From Terriglobia bacterium (GTDB taxonomy: Bacteria > Acidobacteriota > Terriglobia > 2-12-FULL-54-10), in assembly GCA_963666975.2 (NCBI GenBank), contig CAXVYR010000003.1, positions 224,001-288,000 on the forward strand: DNA of 64,000 nucleotides, given 5' to 3'. The position numbers were made by a program, and so were the translations under genes. Shown one piece after another: positions 50,873-59,618 of this stretch. Each line of letters starts with the position of its first letter. Positions within the stretch are counted from its first letter, which is position 1. The notes under the pieces were generated by a model that was given only the letters and a program-made list of their open reading frames with translations, was not told the DNA's origin and searched no databases.

Positions 50873-51182
50873 AGACGGAAATGCCTGAATATCGGGGACA
50901 AACGCCATCATACAGAACCCAAGCGGCAGAAGCAAGTCGCGGCCGGAAGCAAGTGACAGGCAGAAGTGAGTCGCAGGAAGAGGTATGTACAGGAAGAGGT
51001 ATGTAATGGTGTGGCGGCTTGCAAAAATCACCGTCTGACAGTAAGATTTTTTTGCCAGCCGCGAAGTTCGTTACGAATCTTTTCCGGGCAAGGCCGTCCC
51101 GCTCGTCCTCACAGCCGGAGGTAATGCCAGCAACACAGTGACGGTCCATGTGGCGGAGTAAACGAATGGGAGGTGATTGCGG

Positions 51183-51656
51183 ATGAACTTCAAAAGGGGC
51201 ATTTTGGCGGGAGCCGTGGCTATGGCGGCGATGATGGCTTTTACGTATCTCGCCCCCCAGATGGGTCTTTATGGCATGAATGTTCCGGTAACGCTCGGAG
51301 GCCTGTTCGTTCTCGACCCGAATGCGGCCTGCTGGCTGGGCCTGACTATGCACCTTGTAATGGGAGTTGTGGTTCTCCCCATTTTTTATGTTGCACTCAT
51401 TGCCCGGTGGCTGCCGGGACCGGCGGCCATTCGCGGGGGGCTTTGGGGAGTGACGCTGTGGGCGCTATGGGCGTTTTTGGGAATGACTATCCTGGCGGCG
51501 GCGCATCCTCAGATTACAGGCGGAATGATGCAGGACCCGGGCCTGCTGATGCAGAACCTCGGGCCGACCGCCGCCGTAGAGAGCTTGCTTTCACACGCTA
51601 TTTACGGCTTGTTCCTGGGCGGAATCAGCGGAAAACAATTGCGTTCCAGGCAGTAA
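51183..51656 (+). CDS. Four-TM membrane protein of unknown function
   Basis: GGAGG RBS. Four hydrophobic helices, two of them carrying His ('MHLVMG', 'SHAIYG'). Confidence 0.75.
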   Translation: MNFKRGILAGAVAMAAMMAFTYLAPQMGLYGMNVPVTLGGLFVLDPNAACWLGLTMHLVMGVVVLPIFYVALIARWLPGPAAIRGGLWGVTLWALWAFLGMTILAAAHPQITGGMMQDPGLLMQNLGPTAAVESLLSHAIYGLFLGGISGKQLRSRQ

Positions 51657-52062
51657 CAACAAACAACTCACACCAACCAAACTCCAAGAAAAATCTAGCT
51701 AAGTCACAGGCTGCTTTTGGCCTGAGTTGTAGCCTTATGGCTGCAGCTTTCCGACAGAACTCGGACAGTGGCTACGGAGTGAACGTAGACCGTGAGCTTG
51801 CGAACTCGGCGCTCGGCTGTAGGCCGCGGAAGTTCCCTGTCCCCAATTGCTTTCCCCTCTCCCCTGGTGTAATCTTTCCCCAACAGTTCCAATTGTGCGG
51901 AGGGCAACAACATTCCGCGGATAAACACCTGGGCCTTTTGGAAGCCCTCAGCCCGCAGGTTCAGGATGCATGGGGAAGGTCTATCGTGCCTGGGATACGC
52001 TCCTGGAACGAGCGCCATAACCTGCCCGGAAGCCGTTTTCAGCGAAAGGGGAGAAGACCGCT

Positions 52063-53517
52063 ATGAAGTACTTCACTGCTTTGTTCTGCGTTCTGATCTT
52101 TCTAAACTGCTCAGCATCTTTCGCACAGAGGGCAGAGGAAAGAGACGGAGGCCCATCCTTGGTCATTCGAGGGGGAACGCTCATCGATGGTACAGGGGCC
52201 GATCCTGTGGAAAACGCGACGGTTGTTGTTCGCGGCAACAGGATACTGAGCGTCTCTCAAGACACGAGCCAGCCATTACCTCCGGGAGCTCGTTTGATTG
52301 ATGCGGGGGGTAAATACCTGCTTCCCGGCCTGATCGATGGACACACACACTACGCGGGCTATGCCGCACCACTCTACCTTCACTACGGAATCACAACGGT
52401 TATTGATGCAGGAAACATAACCGCGTGGATTCTCGCTCAGAGATGGGCCATCGAACAGCAACTGATTCCCGGACCGAGGATTTACACCGCGGCGTCTCAC
52501 ATTGATAGTCCCCCACTGACCTATGATCACGGCATCCCCGTCGAGTCGGTGGATTCGGCAAGAGCCGCTGTCAGAAGTCAGGTAACACGAGGCGTGGATG
52601 CGATCAAGGTTTATAAAAAACTGCGGCCGAACCTGCTCCGGGCGGTTATCGAAGAAGCGCACCTCAATGGGATTCCCGTAATCGGTCATCTTGCGCTCGA
52701 CGCCAGGGAGGCCGTCTTGATGGGGATTGACTCGCTCGAGCACGCCAGCGGAATTCCCATCGCCACGATGACGGATCGGGAAAAGCTGAAGGAGATCGAA
52801 GAAAAAAGATATACCGATCTGAACTACCTGGTGGACCATGTCACGCTCCCGGAAAGTTTCTATTATATGAAACCCGGGCTGTATGCGGACTTGATCCAAC
52901 TGTTGGTGGAGAAGGGGACTTCCGTGACGCCGACTTTGGTGTGCTACTGGCTGGGAGGCCACGGGTTTTCGAGCCGGTATGAGGAGGAGGACCGAGCTTT
53001 TTTGGCGGACCCTGCATATGACTTTGTCCCCGAATTGGATCGTCTCTGGATTTTCAGGGCCTACGATGAGTTTGGCCGGATCAAGGCGGCTCCAAAATAT
53101 CAGCAGGGGTACCGGAACCTGCAAGCATTCCTGAAGCAATTCGCCCAAGCGGGGGGGAAGATCGTTGCCGGTTCCGATACGACGCCCTACGAGATGTATG
53201 GCGTCAGCCTCCACCGGGAGCTGGAACTTTTGGTCGAGGCGGGGCTGACTCCCATGCAGGCGCTTCTGGGGGCCACCCGGTATGCGGCCGAGAAGTTCCG
53301 AAAATGGGACGAAGTAGGAAGTGTGGAAGCGGGAAAGTACGCGGATGTTCTGATCCTCGATGCCAATCCGCTGGAGGACATCCGGAACACGACGAAAATT
53401 CACATGGTCATTCAAAACGGGAGCATTTTAGATACCCGCCTGGATGGAAATTTCATCGACCAGATTCCGCGTCCACCGAGACCCAAGGAGATGGAGGAGC
53501 GGACCTTTAATGATTAA
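52063..53517 (+). CDS. Exported metal-dependent amidohydrolase
   Basis: Signal peptide, PGLIDGHTH, AIK, GH, EH, AGSD and GSVEAGKYADV. Confidence 0.9.
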   Translation: MKYFTALFCVLIFLNCSASFAQRAEERDGGPSLVIRGGTLIDGTGADPVENATVVVRGNRILSVSQDTSQPLPPGARLIDAGGKYLLPGLIDGHTHYAGYAAPLYLHYGITTVIDAGNITAWILAQRWAIEQQLIPGPRIYTAASHIDSPPLTYDHGIPVESVDSARAAVRSQVTRGVDAIKVYKKLRPNLLRAVIEEAHLNGIPVIGHLALDAREAVLMGIDSLEHASGIPIATMTDREKLKEIEEKRYTDLNYLVDHVTLPESFYYMKPGLYADLIQLLVEKGTSVTPTLVCYWLGGHGFSSRYEEEDRAFLADPAYDFVPELDRLWIFRAYDEFGRIKAAPKYQQGYRNLQAFLKQFAQAGGKIVAGSDTTPYEMYGVSLHRELELLVEAGLTPMQALLGATRYAAEKFRKWDEVGSVEAGKYADVLILDANPLEDIRNTTKIHMVIQNGSILDTRLDGNFIDQIPRPPRPKEMEERTFND

Positions 53518-53899
53518 GTGGTGCGCGTCTTCAGGAGTCAGAATGGCCCGCAATCAGAACCCTGCCAGAGTCCACTGCGGACCTCAGAGCCCTCCGGGCG
53601 GCGGGCCGTGAGGGACGGCCTTCTGATTTCTGGGTCCGGACATCCTCTTTGGCGACGAAGGGAAATCGTTGCTAACAACCCTCAAACAATACCGCCGAGC
53701 TTGCTATTCAATAGCTCGCAATCCATCCCCCCGGCTGTTTTTTGCTGAAATCGCACGGCCCAACTCGCTGCCGGCCGAACACCTGGACAATTGCTACGCC
53801 TTCCGCACCAGAACAGTGCCAGCCTACCCCTTTAACAGCTACAGGCTGTGCTGTAGACTCTTGCTACGAGTGGTAGAAAAATCAAGCTGGTCAATTCGC

Positions 53900-56800
53900 T
53901 TAGAACGAGAATCGCAACGCAAACTGAATCTGCCGGGCAGTACCGATGATCCTATTAATGCTTCCCGCACGGGAATTTCGTCGGCGGGACGCACCCGAGA
54001 AGACAGTAAGGGCGCCTCCGGTACTACCATTGAAATTGGGATGGTTCGGCAGGTTGAAGAATTCCGCCCGAAATTGGAGCCGCCTCTTGGCATCCAGAAG
54101 AAATTCCCTCTGAAGAGAGACATCCATATTTAACACGCTCGGGGCAATGAGGGTGTTGCGCCCGGCATTCCCGAGGGTGCCTAGTGGGGGCACGCTATAC
54201 ACGCAGGGGTCAAAATACAGTTCTGGCCCCCCCAGCTTTTGACCGGCTTCTACCCCCTCACAGCCAGCAGTAACGCCTACGGTTGGGTTATTGTTCTGGC
54301 CAGGAACCAAGTTGGGCCGAGTGGCTGCAAACAGGTAACCCGTGGTACGAACATTGACTTCCGGGGTGGAAGGGGTCCCGGTACGAAACCGGAAAATGCC
54401 TCCCAGCCGCCAGCCTCCAAACACGTGCGCAAGCAAGCCGGAGTCCCACCAGCGCTGGCCGCTCCCCAAGGGGAGAGCGTAGAAGTAGTTGATCGTCAGA
54501 CGATGGCGGATATCAAAATCCGAAAGGCCCCGGTCGAGAGTCCGAAGCAACCCGTACTGGGGGGAATCACCAGAGTGAGAGGAGACGTCATCCACAGACT
54601 TGCTGAAAGTATAGCTGGCTCGCAAAGAAAATCCTCGGCCAAGGCTCTTGTTCGCGGAAAGCTGCAAAGAGTTATAAAAGGATTGCGCATCACTACTCAG
54701 GATGTTAATCCCTCCTTGGAAAGCAGGATTAACGGGGCCCGCAGCGGGACTTGGCACTGGGAGGCAAGTAGGGTTCACATCTGAATCCTTGACCTTGGCC
54801 TCATCGGGGGGGAAACAGAGAGACCCATCCGCCCTCGTGATGGGAACCGGGAACAAGTTGGCTTCATAACTGCGAAACAGATGGTTGCCCCTGGCTCCCA
54901 CATAGGATGCCTGGGCACGCCAGCCTCCGGGAAGCTGCTGTTGGACGGAGAAGTTGTAGCGCAGCACCATCGGGCTCGTCGTGTTCTGGTAATCCAGGAC
55001 TTGAGCCTGGAGAGGAACTCCGGCTTCGGCTCCTGTGGCGGCGGCCACCGCGTGTGGAAATGGCGTGGGGGGATCGTCGGAATCGGGGCAGACTGGCGCT
55101 GAACAAAAGTTGGTTCTCACTGCTATATTGAAAAAAGGAGCTGTATTTTTTCTCTGGTCCACCACGTATTCCAGCAACTGATCGTAGTAAATGCCGAAGC
55201 CTGCCCGCAGCACCGTATTGCTGCTGCTGCCGGGGGACCAACTAATGCCCAGGCGTGGAGAAAAATTGCGCAACGAGGGATTGTTCTTTAGAAAAGGCCC
55301 GATTTGCACCTCGGAGTCCCGCACCGGGTCAGGGAGGAAAACGGTTTTGCCGTCCCTGTCGTGGATGAGCGTGGCAAATCCATAGCGGAGGCCCAGGTTG
55401 AGTTGGAGACGGGAACTGACTGTATAGCCATCCTGGAGATAGAAATTCGCGAGGGTCTGGCGGAAAGCTTTTCTGTTATCCGAGCCCGGCAGAGCAACCT
55501 CCAGTGTGGTTCCCTCCGGCCCTCCCTGCAGAAAGCTATCCAGGCTGTTGAAAGACCAATGAGCTCCTTTCCGCGAACTGGAGAACACATCCCAGCGATA
55601 GCGATGAACCTCAAATCCCAACTTCAGCGCGTGAGCTCCCCGTTGAACTACCACGTCATCGGCAAATTGAAAAGTATTCATAATATTGACTTCCGGTGTG
55701 GTCCTATTAGGGCCGAATGGAGCTAAACCCGGAATTTGGATCTGCCCAAACTGGGGAGCGTCAGGAACGAAGAACAACTGAGGAGGAATCTCAATAGACG
55801 AAAGAGTCTCTCTGGCTGCCACCGGCCGGGTGTACCCAATACGGAACGAATTCAAAACGCTGGGGCTAAAAATATGGCTTTCCACCAAGGTGAAATACTG
55901 CTGGCGACTATTGTTCAGCGTCCTGAAGAGAAAAGTGGCCTGTGGGGAATGGCTGGTGGCGTCGTCAAAGGTGTAGCGAGTGAAGAGGCTGTCCCGTTCG
56001 GAAATCTGGTGGTCCAGACGAATGGTGAAGAAATTTTCATCAGTGGGCAGGAACAGGGGAGCGGCGTTTCGGCGGAGTCCTCCTCCAAACGGGACCGAGT
56101 CGGGTAAAGGAGGATAAAGCGCCAGGTACGGTTGCACGCTCGGGCTCACGGGAACAGTCCGGATCACTTCTCCGGCAGCGTCCGTGATAATCCCCTGCCG
56201 CGTCAGCTCGTCTGGAAAGAAGTCGACCTTAGTCTCAGTCAGCCGGTCGCGCATCGCCTCAAAGCTGCCCATAAAAAAGGTTCTATCTTTCAGGACCGGA
56301 CCCGTGAGCGTAAAGCCAAACTGGTTGCGTTTGAAGGGTGGTGGCTCGGCGCCGTCAAATGATTTACGCGCATCCAGCTTGCTGTTGCGAAAGAACTCAA
56401 AGAAGCTGCCATGGAACTCCGAAGTCCCGGAGCGAGTGATGGAGTTCAACACACCGCCGCTGCCCCGGCCATATTCGGCCCCACCGTTGGTTATGACCTG
56501 AACCTGCAATACCGCATCCGAACCCAGTTGCACGCCTGCTGCGCTCCGCGGGACCCGATTTGCGGTATTCATGATATTGGTCCCATCCAGCAAAAAATTG
56601 TTGGAGGTAGACCGCCCTCCTGCTACGGTTAGATTCCCGCTGCCGCCTCCGCGTGATGCTGAACCACCCGAAGGATCGCTGACACCGGCCTGCAGCGTGG
56701 CCAGTTGGCTATAGCTGCGGCCATTGAGAGGGAGCCCCGCCAGCTGGCTCTCACTAATTTGGCCTGCATTAGTGGCGGAGGACTCTCCGTCTGTACCCTC

Positions 56801-57196
56801 ACCCGGGCCCTCGGCAGTTCGTTCCTGATCTCCAGAACCTCGTTCCAACACCAAATCCAAAGTCACCAACTGCTCCGCGCCCAGTTGCAACCCTTCCTGC
56901 AACCGGCTGACAAAGCCAGCCTGGGAAGCCTGGACTTCGTATGTACCGGGAACCAATCGTTGGATTTCAAACTGTCCTTCTGCGTCGCTGCTGACGGTAC
57001 GGCTCAATCCCGTCTCCAGATTCTTCGCCATCACCGCCGTCCCCGCGAGGGGCGCTCCTGACTGATCCTGCACCGTACCCCGCAGCGTCGCCATGCTCCC
57101 CTGTGCCAGCGCCCCTGTCCTTGCCCAGAAAAGCAGCGTGATCAGGAGCGCTGCCGAAAGAGCCAAACCTTGCATTACTGATTTGTATGCGTGCAT
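53900..57196 (-). CDS. TonB-dependent receptor (CarboxypepD_reg/Oar-like, acidobacterial type)
   Basis: Signal peptide, 'GTVQDQSGA', LPLNGRSY, NQFG, NFSPRLG, QFRAEFFN and C-terminal RQIQFALRFSF. The ORF stays open upstream to ATG 57271. Confidence 0.93.
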   Translation of the reverse strand: MHAYKSVMQGLALSAALLITLLFWARTGALAQGSMATLRGTVQDQSGAPLAGTAVMAKNLETGLSRTVSSDAEGQFEIQRLVPGTYEVQASQAGFVSRLQEGLQLGAEQLVTLDLVLERGSGDQERTAEGPGEGTDGESSATNAGQISESQLAGLPLNGRSYSQLATLQAGVSDPSGGSASRGGGSGNLTVAGGRSTSNNFLLDGTNIMNTANRVPRSAAGVQLGSDAVLQVQVITNGGAEYGRGSGGVLNSITRSGTSEFHGSFFEFFRNSKLDARKSFDGAEPPPFKRNQFGFTLTGPVLKDRTFFMGSFEAMRDRLTETKVDFFPDELTRQGIITDAAGEVIRTVPVSPSVQPYLALYPPLPDSVPFGGGLRRNAAPLFLPTDENFFTIRLDHQISERDSLFTRYTFDDATSHSPQATFLFRTLNNSRQQYFTLVESHIFSPSVLNSFRIGYTRPVAARETLSSIEIPPQLFFVPDAPQFGQIQIPGLAPFGPNRTTPEVNIMNTFQFADDVVVQRGAHALKLGFEVHRYRWDVFSSSRKGAHWSFNSLDSFLQGGPEGTTLEVALPGSDNRKAFRQTLANFYLQDGYTVSSRLQLNLGLRYGFATLIHDRDGKTVFLPDPVRDSEVQIGPFLKNNPSLRNFSPRLGISWSPGSSSNTVLRAGFGIYYDQLLEYVVDQRKNTAPFFNIAVRTNFCSAPVCPDSDDPPTPFPHAVAAATGAEAGVPLQAQVLDYQNTTSPMVLRYNFSVQQQLPGGWRAQASYVGARGNHLFRSYEANLFPVPITRADGSLCFPPDEAKVKDSDVNPTCLPVPSPAAGPVNPAFQGGINILSSDAQSFYNSLQLSANKSLGRGFSLRASYTFSKSVDDVSSHSGDSPQYGLLRTLDRGLSDFDIRHRLTINYFYALPLGSGQRWWDSGLLAHVFGGWRLGGIFRFRTGTPSTPEVNVRTTGYLFAATRPNLVPGQNNNPTVGVTAGCEGVEAGQKLGGPELYFDPCVYSVPPLGTLGNAGRNTLIAPSVLNMDVSLQREFLLDAKRRLQFRAEFFNLPNHPNFNGSTGGALTVFSGASRRRNSRAGSINRIIGTARQIQFALRFSF

Positions 57197-57229
57197 GTTT
57201 CTCATTTCCTCGATAAGGCGGACCTCAAC

Positions 57230-57470
57230 CGGAATTAGTTTTTTGACCCGCCGACGGTTGCGAGTATACATCCAATCGCCTCCAACTGCGCCATTCCAGC
57301 GCAGGTTTGCTCTCCGGGGGCTCAGAGTGGTTCGCTCCAGGTCCTATAAAACCATCCCCTCGGCTGATTTCCACTATTTCCCACGGCCAAACTCACCGAC
57401 CGCGCAGCTCCCGGATGCGGGAACTTCCTTCACTGGGTCATGTGGTTGTAGTGACTGTAGTGGGTATATA
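57230..57470 (-). repeat. ~240-bp module, copy A
   Basis: Matches 59202-59431. A 53-bp block is identical (57294-57346 = 59262-59314), and both copies share TGTAGTGACTGTAGTGGGTATATA. Confidence 0.9.
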
Positions 57471-57546
57471 GACGCATTCATTTCTTACTTGAGATATTGG
57501 CGGGAAACTTTTGTGTGGACTACCTACCGCTAAGCTACGAGACCGA

Positions 57547-58155
57547 TTACTCTACGGATCGTCTCCTCCGCAGCCACCAGCGGATAATGCGGGTGGTCCC
57601 ATAAAGCATGGAAGCTATCGCCCATAAAACAACAGTGATTACCGATGCTCCTGCCAAAAGTCCCGGGCCGAAGTAAGCCTGGTGGTGAGTGGGGACAATG
57701 CCGTTTTCGGTCGCCACGTACCAGCCCCGGATCACCCGGTCATCATTCACGGAGGTTTCCACTCGCAAGGACTGGCTTCCAACGGAGCGGCTTTCCACCT
57801 GGAAGCTTTCCCTTGCTCTCCAGGGGGCGGGTGCTCCCTTCCTGCGCCGGAGTAGTTGATTCAGAGCCTCGTCTTCTCCGGCTGGAACGAGATAACTGGA
57901 TTCCCGATGGCTCTCCAGGAAATCGTCTATATTTGCCTGATAGACGATGTGGGCGTCATACCTTTGTTCTCCCTCCACGGGAGTGGCAACTGGAGTAATA
58001 ACCAGAATGGGGAAACCCAGGGGAATCTCTGCCCCCACCTCTTGCTTCATCCTTAGTTCCAGGGACTTGAAAACAACAGAACAGCTTACCGGAAATAGAA
58101 CGAGCAGAGCCGTAGTCCACAGAAGAAAACGAATGGATTTTCTTAAATTGCTCAT
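57547..58155 (-). CDS. Hypothetical membrane protein
   Basis: N- and C-terminal TM helices and a basic C-terminal tail. No recognisable family. Confidence 0.6.
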   Translation of the reverse strand: MSNLRKSIRFLLWTTALLVLFPVSCSVVFKSLELRMKQEVGAEIPLGFPILVITPVATPVEGEQRYDAHIVYQANIDDFLESHRESSYLVPAGEDEALNQLLRRRKGAPAPWRARESFQVESRSVGSQSLRVETSVNDDRVIRGWYVATENGIVPTHHQAYFGPGLLAGASVITVVLWAIASMLYGTTRIIRWWLRRRRSVE

Positions 58156-58486
58156 TGCCGGTTCCCTATTTCTGTGCGTTCTTGCCTGCCCCGAGAAATC
58201 ATCTCCGCGATCTTTCAGGTGGCTGGTAGCCAAACGCGGAGCACGTTATCCGGTAACGAAATTTCTGTCCTGACTGAGATGGAAAGATTCTTGCCCCTGT
58301 TTCTGCCTATCGCCCCCCAATTTAATCCGCTTTGCCAAGGATCACGGAGGAATCCGCAAACGAATGAGATACATCGTTTCCGGAGGAAATTGCTGAACAA
58401 TCCGGGCTTGGATATCTGTGCGCCGAAACAATTGTGGTGGCGTCAAAAATCGAGGAGGCGACATGAAGTAAAACGGAATTAATTTA

Positions 58487-59201
58487 GGGGCTGTCCTAGC
58501 TAAGGGTGATTCTGTCTGATTTGATCCATGTCTTCAATTGGTTAAGCAGTGTCCGGTGGTTACCGCCATTGAAGCGCCAGCACTCCTTCAGGAAGAGGTG
58601 AAAACTCTGTTTGGGCACCCCGTTGAAGCGCCGAAGATGCCGCTTTGCCTGGTTCCAGAAGTTCTCGATCCCATTGATGTGGTTCCGTTCGTCGACGAAC
58701 CGTTCCGAGTGGTTGATCCGAACATGGTGGAAGTCCGACACATCCAGAGCATCGTAGCTCGAAAAGCCATCCGTGTAGACGATGCTGTCGGGCTGGATCA
58801 GGCGCTCCATGATCGGCATCAACGTGTCCGTACGGGCATTGGGGATCATCACCGTGTAGACCCTTCCTCCACGCTTCAAAAGCCCGAAAACCGGGACTTT
58901 CCCGCCAGCACCACGACCGCGTTTGCCCTTGCGGCGACCACCGAAGTAACTCTCGTCCACTTCGATTTCGCCGCAAACCGAAGAGGCTTTCTGGGTCTTC
59001 GGCAATCACCGTGCGAATCCGTGTATAGAACGAAGCGGCCGTGTTCCGATGAACCCCGACAAGCTCAGCCGCCGCCCGTGCCGTCGTCCCGGCAACGAAG
59101 TGCTCCACCAACCGATCCCGCTTCGCCTTGCTCAGCCGACTACGCCGTTCGTACATATCGCCATCCTATCCCTAAGCAATCTGCTTAGCTAGGACAGCCC
59201 C
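58487..59201 (-). mobile_element. IS1595-family (IS1016 group) insertion sequence, 715 bp
   Basis: Perfect 18-bp inverted repeats GGGGCTGTCCTAGCTAAG. 8-bp TSD TTAATTTA at 58479-58486 and 59202-59209. Confidence 0.95.
58496..59156 (-). pseudogene. Frameshifted IS1016-type transposase
   Basis: The N-terminal 'MYERRSRLS..HFVAGTTARAAA' and the C-terminal 'EVDESYFGG..YTD..NGIENFW' are in different frames, with a shift near 58995. 'KECWRFN' appears to lack the Glu of the usual KECEWRFN. Confidence 0.88.
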
Positions 59202-59513
59202 TTAATTTATTGGTTCTCCGGCGGTTGCGAGTATACACCCCTCAACCTCCAACTTAGCCCCTTCCAGCGCAGGTTTGCTCTCCGGGGGCTCAGAGTGGTT
59301 CGCTCCAGGTCCTAAGAACCCATCCCCCGGTTGTTTGATTTGCTGAGTTCCAACAGTCATCCGCGCAGCTCCGGGATGCGAGGACTTCCTACACTCGATT
59401 ACGTGCTTGTAGTGACTGTAGTGGGTATATATGGGGGTATATGAGGAGGACTCAGGCCAACTCCTCTCCGACTTTTCCCGCATACCCCCTCACAAGTCAC
59501 TACACCCACTACA
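59202..59513 (-). repeat. ~240-bp module, copy B, extended by an inverted CACTACA repeat array
   Basis: Homologous to 57230-57470. TGTAGTG x2 (59408-59423) faces CACTACA x2 (59498-59513), with GGGGGTAT/ATACCCCC inside. Confidence 0.85.
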
Positions 59514-59618
59514 GGGTCTGCGGAGACGAGGCTTTCAAATTGCTGATCACTTGTCCCAGCAGATCCCCATTTGTCAGACGGCCTACCCCACGACGGAAGC
59601 CGAAACTCGGCGCTTCTT

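Noticed and set aside
50873-51100. PyrR attenuator
   Set aside because: I could not recognise the ARUCCNGNGAGGYU binding loop or a terminator/antiterminator pair.
57294-57346. Glycine or c-di-GMP riboswitch in the duplicated block
   Set aside because: Only fragments (GGAGAG, GCAAACC) resemble them, and the full aptamer motifs are missing. I kept it as an unknown module instead.
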